Positions 18,289-28,476 of a DNA stretch of 64,000 nt are shown one piece after another. The stretch covers positions 28,306 through 92,305 of the forward strand of contig CACIPW010000002.1 of the NCBI GenBank assembly GCA_902588635.1, read 5' to 3'. Positions within the stretch are counted from its first letter, which is position 1; each line of letters starts with the position of its first letter. Below the pieces are notes generated by a model. That model did not search any database. It had not been told where the DNA came from and saw only the letters and a program-made list of their open reading frames with translations. The stretch is from an uncultured Pelagibacteraceae bacterium. GTDB lineage: Bacteria > Pseudomonadota > Alphaproteobacteria > Pelagibacterales > Pelagibacteraceae. Position numbers and translations under genes: made by a program.

Positions 18289-19505
18289 TCCAAGAAAATT
18301 TTATTCCAAATAAAACTGCTTTAACAACATTAATAGCAGCATGCTTAGTAGTTATTATTTCTTTAGGTATTAGACAAACATTCGGTCTTTTCTTTTTTGA
18401 TTTTGAAGTTGATCTTGGTTGCACTCAAACAGAGTTTGGTTTTGCAATGGGCATACAATTATTTTTTTGGGGACTATTTGGACCAGTCTTTGGAATAATT
18501 ACAGATAAAATTAGCGGAAGAGTGGCAGTATTTATAGGCTTTTTATTTTATTTAGCTGGAATTTATTTTTTAAATTATGGACCTAACACAGGTTTTTGGT
18601 TTACTTTTGATATTGGGATTTTAATCGGAATTGGCCTTGCAGCAACTGCAATAAGCATTCCTATTACAATAGTATCAAAACATTTTCCTTTAAATACTAG
18701 AACCATGGCAATAGGAATTGTTACTTCAGCAGGTTCTTTTGGATATTTTGTGTCTCCTATGTACACAAGATTTACACTTATGGAATTTGGTTGGAACGTA
18801 ACATTAGTTATTTTTGGAGTTATGATTCTAGCAGGTTTAATTATTTCATTATTTTTATCAACCTCAACTCAAGAAGTTCAACAAGAAAATGAAAACAGGC
18901 AAACAGCTATGGAAGCAATTAAAGAGGCTTTTTCAAATAAAAGTTATAATTATTTAACTTTAGGTTTTTTTGTTTGTGGTTGGCATATAGCTCTTGTTGC
19001 TACACATATTCCAATGCATATAAGAGATAAAGGTTTAGAAGATTGGACTGCAACTGCAATTTTAGCACTAATTGGATTATTTAATGTTTTTGGAACTTTA
19101 ACTAGCGGATATTTATCTGCAAGAATTAGTAAGAAAAAACTACTAAGTGCAATTTATTTATTAAGAGGAGTTTCATTGATATATTTTGTTTTCACCCCTG
19201 CTAGCGTACTTAATGCCTTAATTTTTGGAGCAACATTTGGTTATTTATGGTTATCTACCGTACCACCTACCAGCGGTATAGTTGGCCATATTTTTGGAAC
19301 AAAATATATAGCCTTGTTGTACGGATTTGTTTTTTTGAGTCATCAAGTTGGGTCTTTTCTTGGAGCTTATCTTGGAGGATTATTTCATGATTTATATGGT
19401 TCTCTCGATTATGCTTGGTACATTTCTATTGCTTTATCTTTATTTGCAGGCTTGATACATTTACCTATAAAAGAGAAAGCAATTGAAAGACCTCAGTACG
19501 CATAA
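18285..19505 (+). CDS. MFS transporter
   Basis: 12 TM segments; GIRQTFGLF, GFFVCGWH, HQVGSFLGA. Confidence 0.88.
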   Translation: MIQENFIPNKTALTTLIAACLVVIISLGIRQTFGLFFFDFEVDLGCTQTEFGFAMGIQLFFWGLFGPVFGIITDKISGRVAVFIGFLFYLAGIYFLNYGPNTGFWFTFDIGILIGIGLAATAISIPITIVSKHFPLNTRTMAIGIVTSAGSFGYFVSPMYTRFTLMEFGWNVTLVIFGVMILAGLIISLFLSTSTQEVQQENENRQTAMEAIKEAFSNKSYNYLTLGFFVCGWHIALVATHIPMHIRDKGLEDWTATAILALIGLFNVFGTLTSGYLSARISKKKLLSAIYLLRGVSLIYFVFTPASVLNALIFGATFGYLWLSTVPPTSGIVGHIFGTKYIALLYGFVFLSHQVGSFLGAYLGGLFHDLYGSLDYAWYISIALSLFAGLIHLPIKEKAIERPQYA

Positions 19506-20697
19506 ACTAAAATTTAGTCCTTATTTAGAAAAAATTTATAATTCTGATAAGCCGTTAATTATATACAAAGTAAAAGATGGATATAATTTATATACTGATT
19601 TTTCTAAAAAAGTTATTTTAAAAAATAAAAATATAAACAAATTTTTTAATTTTTTTACTAATAAAAAATATAAAAAGGATACTGATCTCTTTATAGGCTT
19701 TTTTGGATACGAAGTACTTTGTAATTTATTAAATATTAAAATTAAGAATCAAAAAAAACTTAATTTCTACAAGGGTATTTTTTACAAACCAGAAACCTTG
19801 GTCAAGATAAGAAAAGATATAAAAATAATTTCATCAGTTAAAAAACATAAGTTTAGTAGTCATTTTAATAAAACCCAAATCTTGAGCTCATTTAAAATGA
19901 ATATTAATTACAAAAAATACAAAAAAGTGTTTGATTTATTTTCAAAAAAAATAAGACAAGGAGAAACTTATCAAATTAAAATTTGCACAAAATATAAAAA
20001 TAAATCAAAAATCAATCCTGTAAATTTTTTTTGGAAACTTATGAAAATCAACTCCTCTCCTGAGTCTTTTATGATTAGGGATAAAAATTTTTCTATAGTT
20101 AGTTGTTCTCCTGAAACTCTAATTGACAAAAAAGGAAAAAAAATAATCACAAAACCAATCGCAGGAACTCTTAAGAAAAGCAAAAAAATTAGTAAAATAA
20201 AAGCACTAAATTTTTTTAGAAATAACGAAAAAGAAACTAAAGAACATAATATGATTGTTGATATGGAGAGGAACGACCTATCGAAAATATGTAAGCCTGG
20301 AACAGTAAAAATATTAAAGAAAAAGTATGTAGAAGAATACAAACACCTTTTTCATTATGTAACCTCAATACAAGGCATATTGAAAAATAAAATTGATATA
20401 AAAAGTATAATAAAATCAATGATGCCAGGAGGATCTGTTATTGGATGCCCAAAGATTAGAACTCTTGAACTTTTAAATAAACAAGAAAAAGAAGATAGAA
20501 ATATATTTACAGGAAGTTTTGGTTACATCAAGTTCAACCAAGATATGAAATTTAATATAATTATAAGGTCTATATTGAATTATAAAAATATTTCAGAAAT
20601 ATCAGCAGCTTCTGGTGTGGTATTAGATAGTTCTGCAAAAAAAGAATTTAATGAAAATTTTATTAAGGCAAAATCATTACTAGAATTATATAAATGA
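19483..20697 (+). CDS. pabB: Chorismate-binding enzyme (aminodeoxychorismate synthase component I-like)
   Basis: GETYQI, SPE, PIAGT, EHNMIVDMERNDL, PGGSVIGCPK, NIIIRS; adjacent to GATase and class IV aminotransferase genes. Confidence 0.75.
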   Translation: MKDLSTHKLKFSPYLEKIYNSDKPLIIYKVKDGYNLYTDFSKKVILKNKNINKFFNFFTNKKYKKDTDLFIGFFGYEVLCNLLNIKIKNQKKLNFYKGIFYKPETLVKIRKDIKIISSVKKHKFSSHFNKTQILSSFKMNINYKKYKKVFDLFSKKIRQGETYQIKICTKYKNKSKINPVNFFWKLMKINSSPESFMIRDKNFSIVSCSPETLIDKKGKKIITKPIAGTLKKSKKISKIKALNFFRNNEKETKEHNMIVDMERNDLSKICKPGTVKILKKKYVEEYKHLFHYVTSIQGILKNKIDIKSIIKSMMPGGSVIGCPKIRTLELLNKQEKEDRNIFTGSFGYIKFNQDMKFNIIIRSILNYKNISEISAASGVVLDSSAKKEFNENFIKAKSLLELYK

Positions 20698-21251
20698 TAT
20701 ATATTATTGATCATCAAGACTCATTCACATGGAATGTTGTTCATCAATTTTCAATGTTTGACAAAGTATATTGCTCAAATTATTTTGAAATCAATCAAAA
20801 GAAACTTGAACAATCTGATACGATAGTTTTATCACCAGGACCAGGAGCACCAAAAAACTATCCCTTAACTTCAAAAATTTATAAAAAATATAAGGGAAAA
20901 AAGAAAATAATTGGGATTTGTTTGGGCTATCAACAAATTTTGTTTAATGAAAAAGGAAAAATAGTACAACAGAAAAATATTTTTCATGGTTATCAATCAA
21001 AGGTAAAAGTAACAAAAGAAAGCAAATTATTTAAAAAAAACAATTTTTTTAATGTAGGAAGATACCATTCTTTAAAACTATACGAACCCTATAATTCTGA
21101 TAGTGTAAAAATAACTATGAGATGTGCTAAATCAAATATAGCAATGGCTATTGAAGATATTAAAAACAATATTTATGGTTTTCAATTTCATCCTGAATCA
21201 TTTTTAACAAAAAATGGCAACATTATTATTAAAAAAATCTTATCGGCATAA
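20694..21251 (+). CDS. pabA: Glutamine amidotransferase (PabA/TrpG type)
   Basis: DSFTWN, SPGPG, GICLG, RYHSL, QFHPES (catalytic triad intact). Confidence 0.85.
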   Translation: MIYIIDHQDSFTWNVVHQFSMFDKVYCSNYFEINQKKLEQSDTIVLSPGPGAPKNYPLTSKIYKKYKGKKKIIGICLGYQQILFNEKGKIVQQKNIFHGYQSKVKVTKESKLFKKNNFFNVGRYHSLKLYEPYNSDSVKITMRCAKSNIAMAIEDIKNNIYGFQFHPESFLTKNGNIIIKKILSA

Positions 21252-21987
21252 AGATCTAAAAGAAATAAAATTTCACGATCTTTGGAATTCTCATGGTGTT
21301 TTTACAACTATGAGAATTATTGGTAAACCCGTAAAAATTTTATTTTTTAAACAACATATAGATAATTTAATTAGATCATTAAAAATTTATAGAATTAATA
21401 AAAAAAATATAAAAAAAAACATTCTTTATTTAATTAAATTAAATATTAGTAAAAATAAAAAATATGATCATCTTTTTAGAGTAGCTTTAAATAATAAAAT
21501 GATCTCTGTTTCATTGAGAAAAAGACCAAAACCAAAATTAAATTTTACCCTTAAATTGCTTAACTACAAAAGAATAGATCCTAAATATAAGAATTTAAAA
21601 TATAAAAAAATTTTAAATTTTCTTAAAAAATTAGACACAAGAAAATCAGATATAGCTCTATATGAAGATAACAAGATATTAGAAACTGGAACCTCTAATC
21701 TCTTGTTTATAAAGGGTAACAAAATACATTCGCCAATTAAAAATTTTTATGAAGGAACAACGTATAAATTTTTTTTAAAAAAATTAAGAAAAATTAAGAA
21801 AAAAAATATATCAATCGATTCCCTTAATTTTTATGATGAAATTATTGTTATTGGTTCTGGGAAAGGAGTAGTTTCCGTGAATCGTATTGAAAAAACACAA
21901 TGGAAAAGAAAAAGTTTAAAAAATTATAGAGTTTTATCCAAAATTTATGGAAAAGCCGTTATGAACTGTCCGCGATATAACAGTTGA
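21214..21987 (+). CDS. pabC: Class IV PLP enzyme, aminodeoxychorismate lyase-like
   Basis: GVFTTMR, H...L, K.KNLKY, ETGTSNL, EGTT. Confidence 0.7.
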   Translation: MATLLLKKSYRHKDLKEIKFHDLWNSHGVFTTMRIIGKPVKILFFKQHIDNLIRSLKIYRINKKNIKKNILYLIKLNISKNKKYDHLFRVALNNKMISVSLRKRPKPKLNFTLKLLNYKRIDPKYKNLKYKKILNFLKKLDTRKSDIALYEDNKILETGTSNLLFIKGNKIHSPIKNFYEGTTYKFFLKKLRKIKKKNISIDSLNFYDEIIVIGSGKGVVSVNRIEKTQWKRKSLKNYRVLSKIYGKAVMNCPRYNS

Positions 21988-22038
21988 TCTATTTTGACAT
22001 CTATACTAAAAACTTTCTTCTAAAGGGAGAGAAAAATC

Positions 22039-22842
22039 ATGATCTTATTTGCAAATCCATTTGCTATTCTAGCAGAAACAGTGTCACCGATTTTTATGCA
22101 ATCTTTTGTCGTTGCAATGGTGATATTGATTATTATTGGAACTCTTTTAGACATTATTCATAAAAAAAATGTTAAGTATTTTTTTGAAAATGCAAAAAAA
22201 GCAAAACTATCTGCTACAAAAACTTTGACCACAGGTGAAAAAATATCTGTAATTTCTAAAACTATTGTCAGTGATATAGCTACAACATCAGAGTTAGGTG
22301 CGGGAAAAAGAAGAGCCGCACATCTACTTGGAATGTATGGAACAATTTTATTCTGGATTGGATCAGCAATAATGATTTTTTGTTATTCAAACCCATCTTC
22401 AAATACACCATCTTTTTGGCCAATCATCTGGCACGTTGGCGCAATAATGACAGTTATTGGTGGAGGTTGGTTTTGGTTTTTTTTAAGAGTAGATGTTTAT
22501 TCAGAAGCTCAACCTTGGTACAGAATTATTAAAGCAGATTTATTTGTGCTTGCCCTTGTAGCATCTTCTTTGTTTGGTTTAATTTGGTCATATCTACAAT
22601 CATTAAACTTAAATGATAGATGGGATGATAAAGTATTCTTAGTTCTATTTATTGTATCAAATTTAGTTTTATTCGGAGGAGTTTATTGGTCAAAATTTGC
22701 ACACATGTTTTACAAACCTGGTGCTGCAATACAAAAAAATTTAGCAGAAGCAGATGGATCTAGAGACAATTTGCCGCCCGAATCTGATGCGCCAAAACAA
22801 TTTGGATTAGGTATAACAAGAGAAGATCCAAAACATTATTAA
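22039..22842 (+). CDS. aprM: APS reductase membrane anchor AprM
   Basis: Multi-TM protein with R.AHLLGMYG and WSKFAHMFYKP, immediately upstream of aprB. Confidence 0.88.
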   Translation: MILFANPFAILAETVSPIFMQSFVVAMVILIIIGTLLDIIHKKNVKYFFENAKKAKLSATKTLTTGEKISVISKTIVSDIATTSELGAGKRRAAHLLGMYGTILFWIGSAIMIFCYSNPSSNTPSFWPIIWHVGAIMTVIGGGWFWFFLRVDVYSEAQPWYRIIKADLFVLALVASSLFGLIWSYLQSLNLNDRWDDKVFLVLFIVSNLVLFGGVYWSKFAHMFYKPGAAIQKNLAEADGSRDNLPPESDAPKQFGLGITREDPKHY

Positions 22843-22870
22843 TATGACACTGAAAGGAAAAAAATAAATT

Positions 22871-23341
22871 ATGTCAACTTTTGTATACATGACACGTTGT
22901 GATGGCTGTGGACATTGTGTTGATATATGTCCTTCAGACATTATGCACATAGATGAAACTATTAGACGTGCAAAAAATATTGAACCAAATTTTTGCTGGG
23001 AATGTTACTCATGCGTCAAGGCATGTCCAAATCATGCAATTGATGTTCGTGGTTACGCAGATTTTGCTCCAATGGGTCATAGCGTAAGAGTTAGAAGGGA
23101 AGAGGAAAAAGGAACAATTTCTTGGAAGATTAAATTTAGAAATGGAACAGTAAAAGATTTTGTATCACCAATAACAACTAAACCATGGGGAAAATTTATT
23201 CCAAAACTTGCTGATGAGGAAAAACCTAACCAAGGTGAAATAAATTCCCAAACTCTTTATTTAGAACCCGAAGGTTTAAACACTAATAAAGAATTACCAA
23301 AAGTTGAAAAAAGTGCATTTAAAAAAGGGGTTTATTATTAA
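22871..23341 (+). CDS. aprB: Adenylylsulfate reductase beta subunit
   Basis: CDGCGHCVDICP, CWECYSCVKACP, RGYADFAP. Confidence 0.96.
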   Translation: MSTFVYMTRCDGCGHCVDICPSDIMHIDETIRRAKNIEPNFCWECYSCVKACPNHAIDVRGYADFAPMGHSVRVRREEEKGTISWKIKFRNGTVKDFVSPITTKPWGKFIPKLADEEKPNQGEINSQTLYLEPEGLNTNKELPKVEKSAFKKGVYY

Positions 23342-25200
23342 TGGCTAATAAAACTATTTTAGAAGATTGCGATATACTTGTTGTAGGAGGAGGCATGGCA
23401 GGTACTGGTGCTACCTTTGAAGCAAGACACTGGGGTAGAGATTTAAAAATTATATGTGTCGAAAAAGCCAATATAGACAGAAGTGGAGCTGTCGCTCAGG
23501 GTCTATATGCAATCAACTGTTATATGGGAATGCAATGGGGTGAAAATCAACCAGAAGATCATGTTCGTTATGCAAGAAACGATCTAATGGGTTTAGTTAG
23601 AGAAGATCTTGGCTATGACATGGCAAGACACGTAGATTCAACTGTTCATATGTTTGATGAATGGGGCTTGCCAATGATGAAAAATAAAGAAACTGGTCGT
23701 TACCAACGTGAAGGTAAATGGCAAATAATGATTCATGGTGAAAGTTATAAACCAATAGTTGCTGAAGCTGCAAAAAAATCTGCAGATAAAATTTACAACA
23801 GAATAATGATTACACATCTGCTTATGGATGAAGCAAAAGAAAATAGAGTAGGTGGAGCGGTAGGTTTTAATATGAGAACAGGAGACTATTATGTCTTTAG
23901 AGCAAAAACTGTAATAGTTGCAGCAGGTGGAGCGTCTCACATTTTCAAACCTAGAGCTGTTGGAGAAGGAATGGGCAGAACATGGTATGCACCATGGAGC
24001 AATGGTTCAGCTTATGCTCTTCCAATTGCTGCAGGAGCTAAAATGACACAAATGGAAAATAGAATTGTATTGTGTAGATTTAAAGATGGTTATGGTCCAG
24101 TTGGAGCATATTTTTTACATTTAAAAACTTATACTCAAAATGCTAACGGCGAAAATTATGAAAAAAAATGGTATGAACAAACAAAAAAACTTGTTGGTGA
24201 ATATATAGACCACCACCCAACTCCGACTTGTTTAAGAAACCATGCTTTTATACAAGAGACAATGGCTGGGGGTGGACCAATTCACATGGTAACAAAAGAA
24301 GCTTTCCAAGATCCACATTTAGAAACAGTGGGATGGGAAAACTTTCTTGGAATGACTGTTGGACAAGCAGTTGTTTGGGCATCACAAAATATTGATCCAA
24401 AATATACTAATCCTGAATTAACTACATCTGAGCCATACGTAATGGGATCTCATGCTACTTGTTCAGGCGCATGGGTTAGTGGCCCTGAAGACATCTCTCC
24501 ACCAGAGTATTTCTGGGGTTATAATAGAATGACAACAGTAGATGGCTTATTCGGAGCAGGGGACACCGTTGGTGGCAGCGCGCACAAATTTTCATCTGGT
24601 TCTTTTACAGAAGGACGTTTAGCAGCAAAAGCAGCTGTAAAATATATAGAAGAGCAAAAAGCCAAAGATATTAAAGTTAGTGATAAACAGTGCGATGAGT
24701 TTAAAAAAATTATATTTAAACCTTTAGAAAATTATACCGTAGGAAGAAACGAGATTACTGGAGGAACTGTTTCTCCAAGTTATATTTTACCAATACAAGG
24801 TCTTCAGCGTCTACAAAAAATAATGGACGAGTACGTTGGAGGAATATCATACAATTACATGACAAATGAAAATACATTAAAAAGAGGTTTAGAACTATTA
24901 GATTGGCTGGAAGAGGATCTAGAAAATATTGGCGCTGAAGATTATCACCAGCTTATGAGAGCATGGGAACTAAAACATAGAACTCTTACATCTCAATGCG
25001 TGACAGAGCATACTCTTTTTAGACAAGAAACGCGTTGGCCAGGATATTATTATAGGGGCGATTATATGAAGTTGGACGATGAAAACTGGCACTGTTTGAC
25101 ACTGTCAAGACGTGACCCAAAGACTGGAAAATTTTCCATGGAGAAGGCACCCGTTTATCACATTATTGATGATGAAAAAGAAAAAAAAGAAGCCTCATAA
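23341..25200 (+). CDS. aprA: Adenylylsulfate reductase alpha subunit
   Basis: GGGMAG, RSGAVAQGL.AIN, WQIMIHGESYKP, HKFSSGSFTEGR, ETRWPGYYYR. Confidence 0.97.
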   Translation: MANKTILEDCDILVVGGGMAGTGATFEARHWGRDLKIICVEKANIDRSGAVAQGLYAINCYMGMQWGENQPEDHVRYARNDLMGLVREDLGYDMARHVDSTVHMFDEWGLPMMKNKETGRYQREGKWQIMIHGESYKPIVAEAAKKSADKIYNRIMITHLLMDEAKENRVGGAVGFNMRTGDYYVFRAKTVIVAAGGASHIFKPRAVGEGMGRTWYAPWSNGSAYALPIAAGAKMTQMENRIVLCRFKDGYGPVGAYFLHLKTYTQNANGENYEKKWYEQTKKLVGEYIDHHPTPTCLRNHAFIQETMAGGGPIHMVTKEAFQDPHLETVGWENFLGMTVGQAVVWASQNIDPKYTNPELTTSEPYVMGSHATCSGAWVSGPEDISPPEYFWGYNRMTTVDGLFGAGDTVGGSAHKFSSGSFTEGRLAAKAAVKYIEEQKAKDIKVSDKQCDEFKKIIFKPLENYTVGRNEITGGTVSPSYILPIQGLQRLQKIMDEYVGGISYNYMTNENTLKRGLELLDWLEEDLENIGAEDYHQLMRAWELKHRTLTSQCVTEHTLFRQETRWPGYYYRGDYMKLDDENWHCLTLSRRDPKTGKFSMEKAPVYHIIDDEKEKKEAS

Positions 25201-25209
25201 ACAAATTTA

Positions 25210-25560
25210 ATGAGCATACTTGAGAAGCCCGACGAAGAAATTTTCAAAATAGCGAACCCTATCTGGGCAAACTTAATAAAATCTTCAAACATGAAAGACT
25301 ATGGTGGTTTTACAAAAGATTTCTCTTCACAAATGCTTTATGGGGCAAATGAAGTTGAGCTGGGCAAGCAATGGGCAAGCAATGAGCTCATTTCAAATTT
25401 ATCTAATGAATACAAGCCCTTTGGATGTTTAAGGAGAGGGCAGCATATAACTGTTCTCTATAAACAGACCAGCACCAAGATGCCAGGAGATTTTTTAGGT
25501 CGTCTTGTGCTAGGAGATGAGGGAGGTCTTACAAAGGTCTTCGGAGCCACAATATTCTAA
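25210..25560 (+). CDS. Hypothetical protein, possibly DUF3887-like
   Basis: 116-aa ORF 9 nt after aprA; DY..F.KDFS..M pattern; GC-elevated. Confidence 0.65.
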   Translation: MSILEKPDEEIFKIANPIWANLIKSSNMKDYGGFTKDFSSQMLYGANEVELGKQWASNELISNLSNEYKPFGCLRRGQHITVLYKQTSTKMPGDFLGRLVLGDEGGLTKVFGATIF

Positions 25561-25624
25561 AAAAAAATTCTAAATTTTGTAAATTAAGCTTGCAAATTTT
25601 GATCTGCGGGTGTAATTCGCATTC

Positions 25625-25774
25625 ATGCTTAATAATTTAAATAAAAATCTTAAAAAAATTGTTAAGTTTGTTCCAGAAAATTTTAATAATTTAACATCAA
25701 AATCAGCGATTTATTTTGGTTTAGCGGTCTATTGGTGTGTAATTCTTGCAGGAACTGTTTTAAATATAATTTAA
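25625..25774 (+). CDS. Small protein with a C-terminal TM segment (49 aa; not in the ORF track)
   Basis: MLNNLNKNLKKIVKFVPENFNNLTSKSAIYFGLAVYWCVILAGTVLNII; preceded by TTGCAA-17-TAATTC ending 6 nt before the ATG. Confidence 0.55.
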   Translation: MLNNLNKNLKKIVKFVPENFNNLTSKSAIYFGLAVYWCVILAGTVLNII

Positions 25775-25840
25775 TTTAAAATTTTAATTTTTTTTTACCA
25801 ATTAGTTGACTTTAATATTCTAGAGGAATAATTACTACTC

Positions 25841-26926
25841 ATGGAGTTTTTTCTTCCAATTGCAGAAGTTTATGTAAGTTTACCACTCATATTTATATTA
25901 AGTTTATTTGTTGGAATTTTGTCTGGATTATTTGGTGTTGGAGGTGGTTTTTTAATGACGCCTTTTTTAATTTTTTTAGGAATTCCTCCAGCATATGCAG
26001 TACCAAACGAAGCAAATAATATATTAGGAACATCAATATCTGGTTCAACCACACATTATCTAAAAGGAACATTAGATTATAAGATGGGTTTAATGATTGT
26101 AGCTGGTGGAATAGTTGGTACAGTTCTTGGAATTTTAACTTTTACTTATTTTCAAGATATTGGAAAAATAAATATAGTTATTTCATTATCCTATATGTAC
26201 ATACTCGCAATAATTGGAACTATGATGTTGGTTCAAGGAGTAAGTGAAATTGATAGAGCTAGAAGAAAAATAATTTTAAAACAAAAATTACATTCTCATT
26301 ATTGGATTCACGGGTTGCCATTTAGAATGAGATTTAAAAAATCAAGGCTATACGAAAGTATATTTACCCCAATAATTATTGGTTTATTAGTTGGGTTTAT
26401 TGCAGCTATCATGGGAATTGGAGGAGCTTTCATTTTAGTGCCTGCAATGATTTATATTATTGGAATGCCAACGAAATTAATTCCAGGCACATCTTTGTTT
26501 GTTACAATTTTTATTAGTGCAATTGTAACTATTCTTCACGCATTTAATTATGGTTCAATAGATTTAATTTTAGTTGCAGTATTAATTCTAGGTTCAATAT
26601 TAGGTGTACAAATAGGCCAAAAAATTGGTGAGAAGTTTGATAGTTCACAATTCAAAACAATCTTAGCAATGCTTTTGTTACTAGTTGGAATTGCAATTGC
26701 TTACGATACTTTTTTTGTAGAAGAAACTGCTAAAATGACTGTAGACAATGGTACTAAAACTTTTGGACCAATCGCACAATTTGTTAAAAAACTTTCAGAT
26801 GAAGTTCCTGTATTATATGGATTAACTTCAATTACACTTGCTTTAGTTCTAGGAGTTGGCGCAGCTATAGTTAGAAGATTTTTTTCAAATTTAAGAAAAA
26901 AATTAATGGAAAAATCTAAAGCTTAA
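25841..26926 (+). CDS. TauE/SafE (TSUP) sulfite exporter family protein
   Basis: GLFGVGGGFLMTP and GIGGAFILVP repeats; PGTSLF. Confidence 0.88.
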   Translation: MEFFLPIAEVYVSLPLIFILSLFVGILSGLFGVGGGFLMTPFLIFLGIPPAYAVPNEANNILGTSISGSTTHYLKGTLDYKMGLMIVAGGIVGTVLGILTFTYFQDIGKINIVISLSYMYILAIIGTMMLVQGVSEIDRARRKIILKQKLHSHYWIHGLPFRMRFKKSRLYESIFTPIIIGLLVGFIAAIMGIGGAFILVPAMIYIIGMPTKLIPGTSLFVTIFISAIVTILHAFNYGSIDLILVAVLILGSILGVQIGQKIGEKFDSSQFKTILAMLLLLVGIAIAYDTFFVEETAKMTVDNGTKTFGPIAQFVKKLSDEVPVLYGLTSITLALVLGVGAAIVRRFFSNLRKKLMEKSKA

Positions 26927-26929
26927 CTT

Positions 26930-28096
26930 TTATGCACTTCTAAATAGCTTAGTCATAACAAACTCTTTATGACCCAGTACTTCAGCACAAGTTAAACGAC
27001 CACTAGCAGTTCTAATTGTTGTTTTTATCAATTCATCACCAGCTTGGTCCATATTCATTTCTCTTTTTAAAATTTTGGAAACATCTAAATCAATATGCTC
27101 TTTCATATTAATTGCTGTACTTGGGTTTCCTGTTAATTTAACTACAGGTTCTATAGCGTTTCCTATAATGTTGCCTTGCCCTGTTGGAAATAAATGAATG
27201 TTAAAACCAGCAGCTGCTTGTAAAGTTAAACATTCTCCAGCAGCAGATGAAGTATCCATAAAATATAGTCCAGGTCCTTTTTTGGGTTCTTCAGCTGGAG
27301 TTAATACATCAATAAATTTTCTTGATCCAATTTTTTGAAAATTACCAAAAGCTTTTTCTTCAATTGTAGTAAGGCCTCCAGCAATATTGCCTGCTGTTGG
27401 CTGGCTTTCTGAAAGATCATTGGTTGCTTCTTTTAGAATGAAGTCATTATAATCACTCCATGTTTTCATGAATTTTTTAGAAGCTTCAGGTGTTGCTCCT
27501 CTTGTAGCACAAACTTTTTCAGCTCCGGTAAGTTCGGAAGTTTCACCAAAACAAAGATGAACTCCTAAAGGTTCCAGTTTATCCATTAAATTTCCTACAG
27601 CTGGATTGGCAGCCATTCCCGAGGTAGTGTCTGACTCTCCGCATTTAACTGAAATCCATAAATCACTTAAAGGACATTCTTCTCTCTGTATTTCAGATGC
27701 CCATTGTGAAAATTCTTGTGCTTTCTCAGATGCTTTCATTATAGTTTTAATATCACCGGCTCCTTCAATGCTAAAACCCTCTACTGGTTTTCCAGTTTTT
27801 GCTATTGCATCAACAATTTTTTTAGTCCATTTTGGTTCAATACCAATTACAACACATGCGGCAACATTTGGATTCTTTCCAGTCCCTATCATTGTGTCAA
27901 AAAACAATTCTAAGTCAGCACCAAATTGAAGTCTTCCATAAGCATGAGGAATTGCAAAAGTTCCTTTTATATTATTAGCAACAGCTTCTGCACAAGCATT
28001 TGAAATATCATCAACGGGAAGAACTACCACATGGTTTCTAGTGCCAACTCTTCCATTTTTTCTTTTATAACCTAAAAAACTTTTTGGAATTTCCAT
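26930..28096 (-). CDS. suyB: UxaA-family lyase, (2R)-sulfolactate sulfo-lyase beta subunit-like
   Basis: [46 protein letters not shown]; paired with a SAF-domain gene in a sulfonate context. Confidence 0.8.
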   Translation of the reverse strand: MEIPKSFLGYKRKNGRVGTRNHVVVLPVDDISNACAEAVANNIKGTFAIPHAYGRLQFGADLELFFDTMIGTGKNPNVAACVVIGIEPKWTKKIVDAIAKTGKPVEGFSIEGAGDIKTIMKASEKAQEFSQWASEIQREECPLSDLWISVKCGESDTTSGMAANPAVGNLMDKLEPLGVHLCFGETSELTGAEKVCATRGATPEASKKFMKTWSDYNDFILKEATNDLSESQPTAGNIAGGLTTIEEKAFGNFQKIGSRKFIDVLTPAEEPKKGPGLYFMDTSSAAGECLTLQAAAGFNIHLFPTGQGNIIGNAIEPVVKLTGNPSTAINMKEHIDLDVSKILKREMNMDQAGDELIKTTIRTASGRLTCAEVLGHKEFVMTKLFRSA

Positions 28097-28100
28097 ATTT

Positions 28101-28388
28101 TTACCACTTCTTAGTTTTTACGTTGTGAACATGAACATGCTCGCCCTTTTTAATTGGCTTAACAACTTTACCTATATCATGACCATATTTTAATATCGTG
28201 TCGCCTTCTTTAAAGTCAATCATTGCTATTTTGTGACCTAAAGTAATTTCATTTTTGGACTTAATTTTTATAGAGCCATCATTTTCCATAATCCAGCAAT
28301 TACAGTCTTGATTAGGAGTGATTTTTTCAATAACTACAACGCCTACGTTGTCTTTTTCATCATGTATAATAATATCAGTTGTTGCCAT
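28101..28388 (-). CDS. suyA: SAF-domain subunit, sulfolactate sulfo-lyase alpha-like
   Basis: [34 protein letters not shown]. Confidence 0.8.
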   Translation of the reverse strand: MATTDIIIHDEKDNVGVVVIEKITPNQDCNCWIMENDGSIKIKSKNEITLGHKIAMIDFKEGDTILKYGHDIGKVVKPIKKGEHVHVHNVKTKKW

Positions 28389-28476
28389 ATAGCGATTTCT
28401 TTATTTGAAATTTAATAGATCTTATATATTAATCATATTCTTTAACAAATAAAAAATATTTAGAGAGAATTAAGAT

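Noticed and set aside
22039-25200. Dissimilatory sulfate reduction
   Set aside because: The AprM-type anchor, the absence of qmo, dsr and sat in the window, and the aerobic SAR11-like context indicate the oxidative direction.
27606-27929. Antisense and alternate-frame ORFs in the track (e.g. 27606-27929, 23638-23940, 30250-30582, 58722-59081)
   Set aside because: They are shadows of well-supported genes and have no recognisable motifs.
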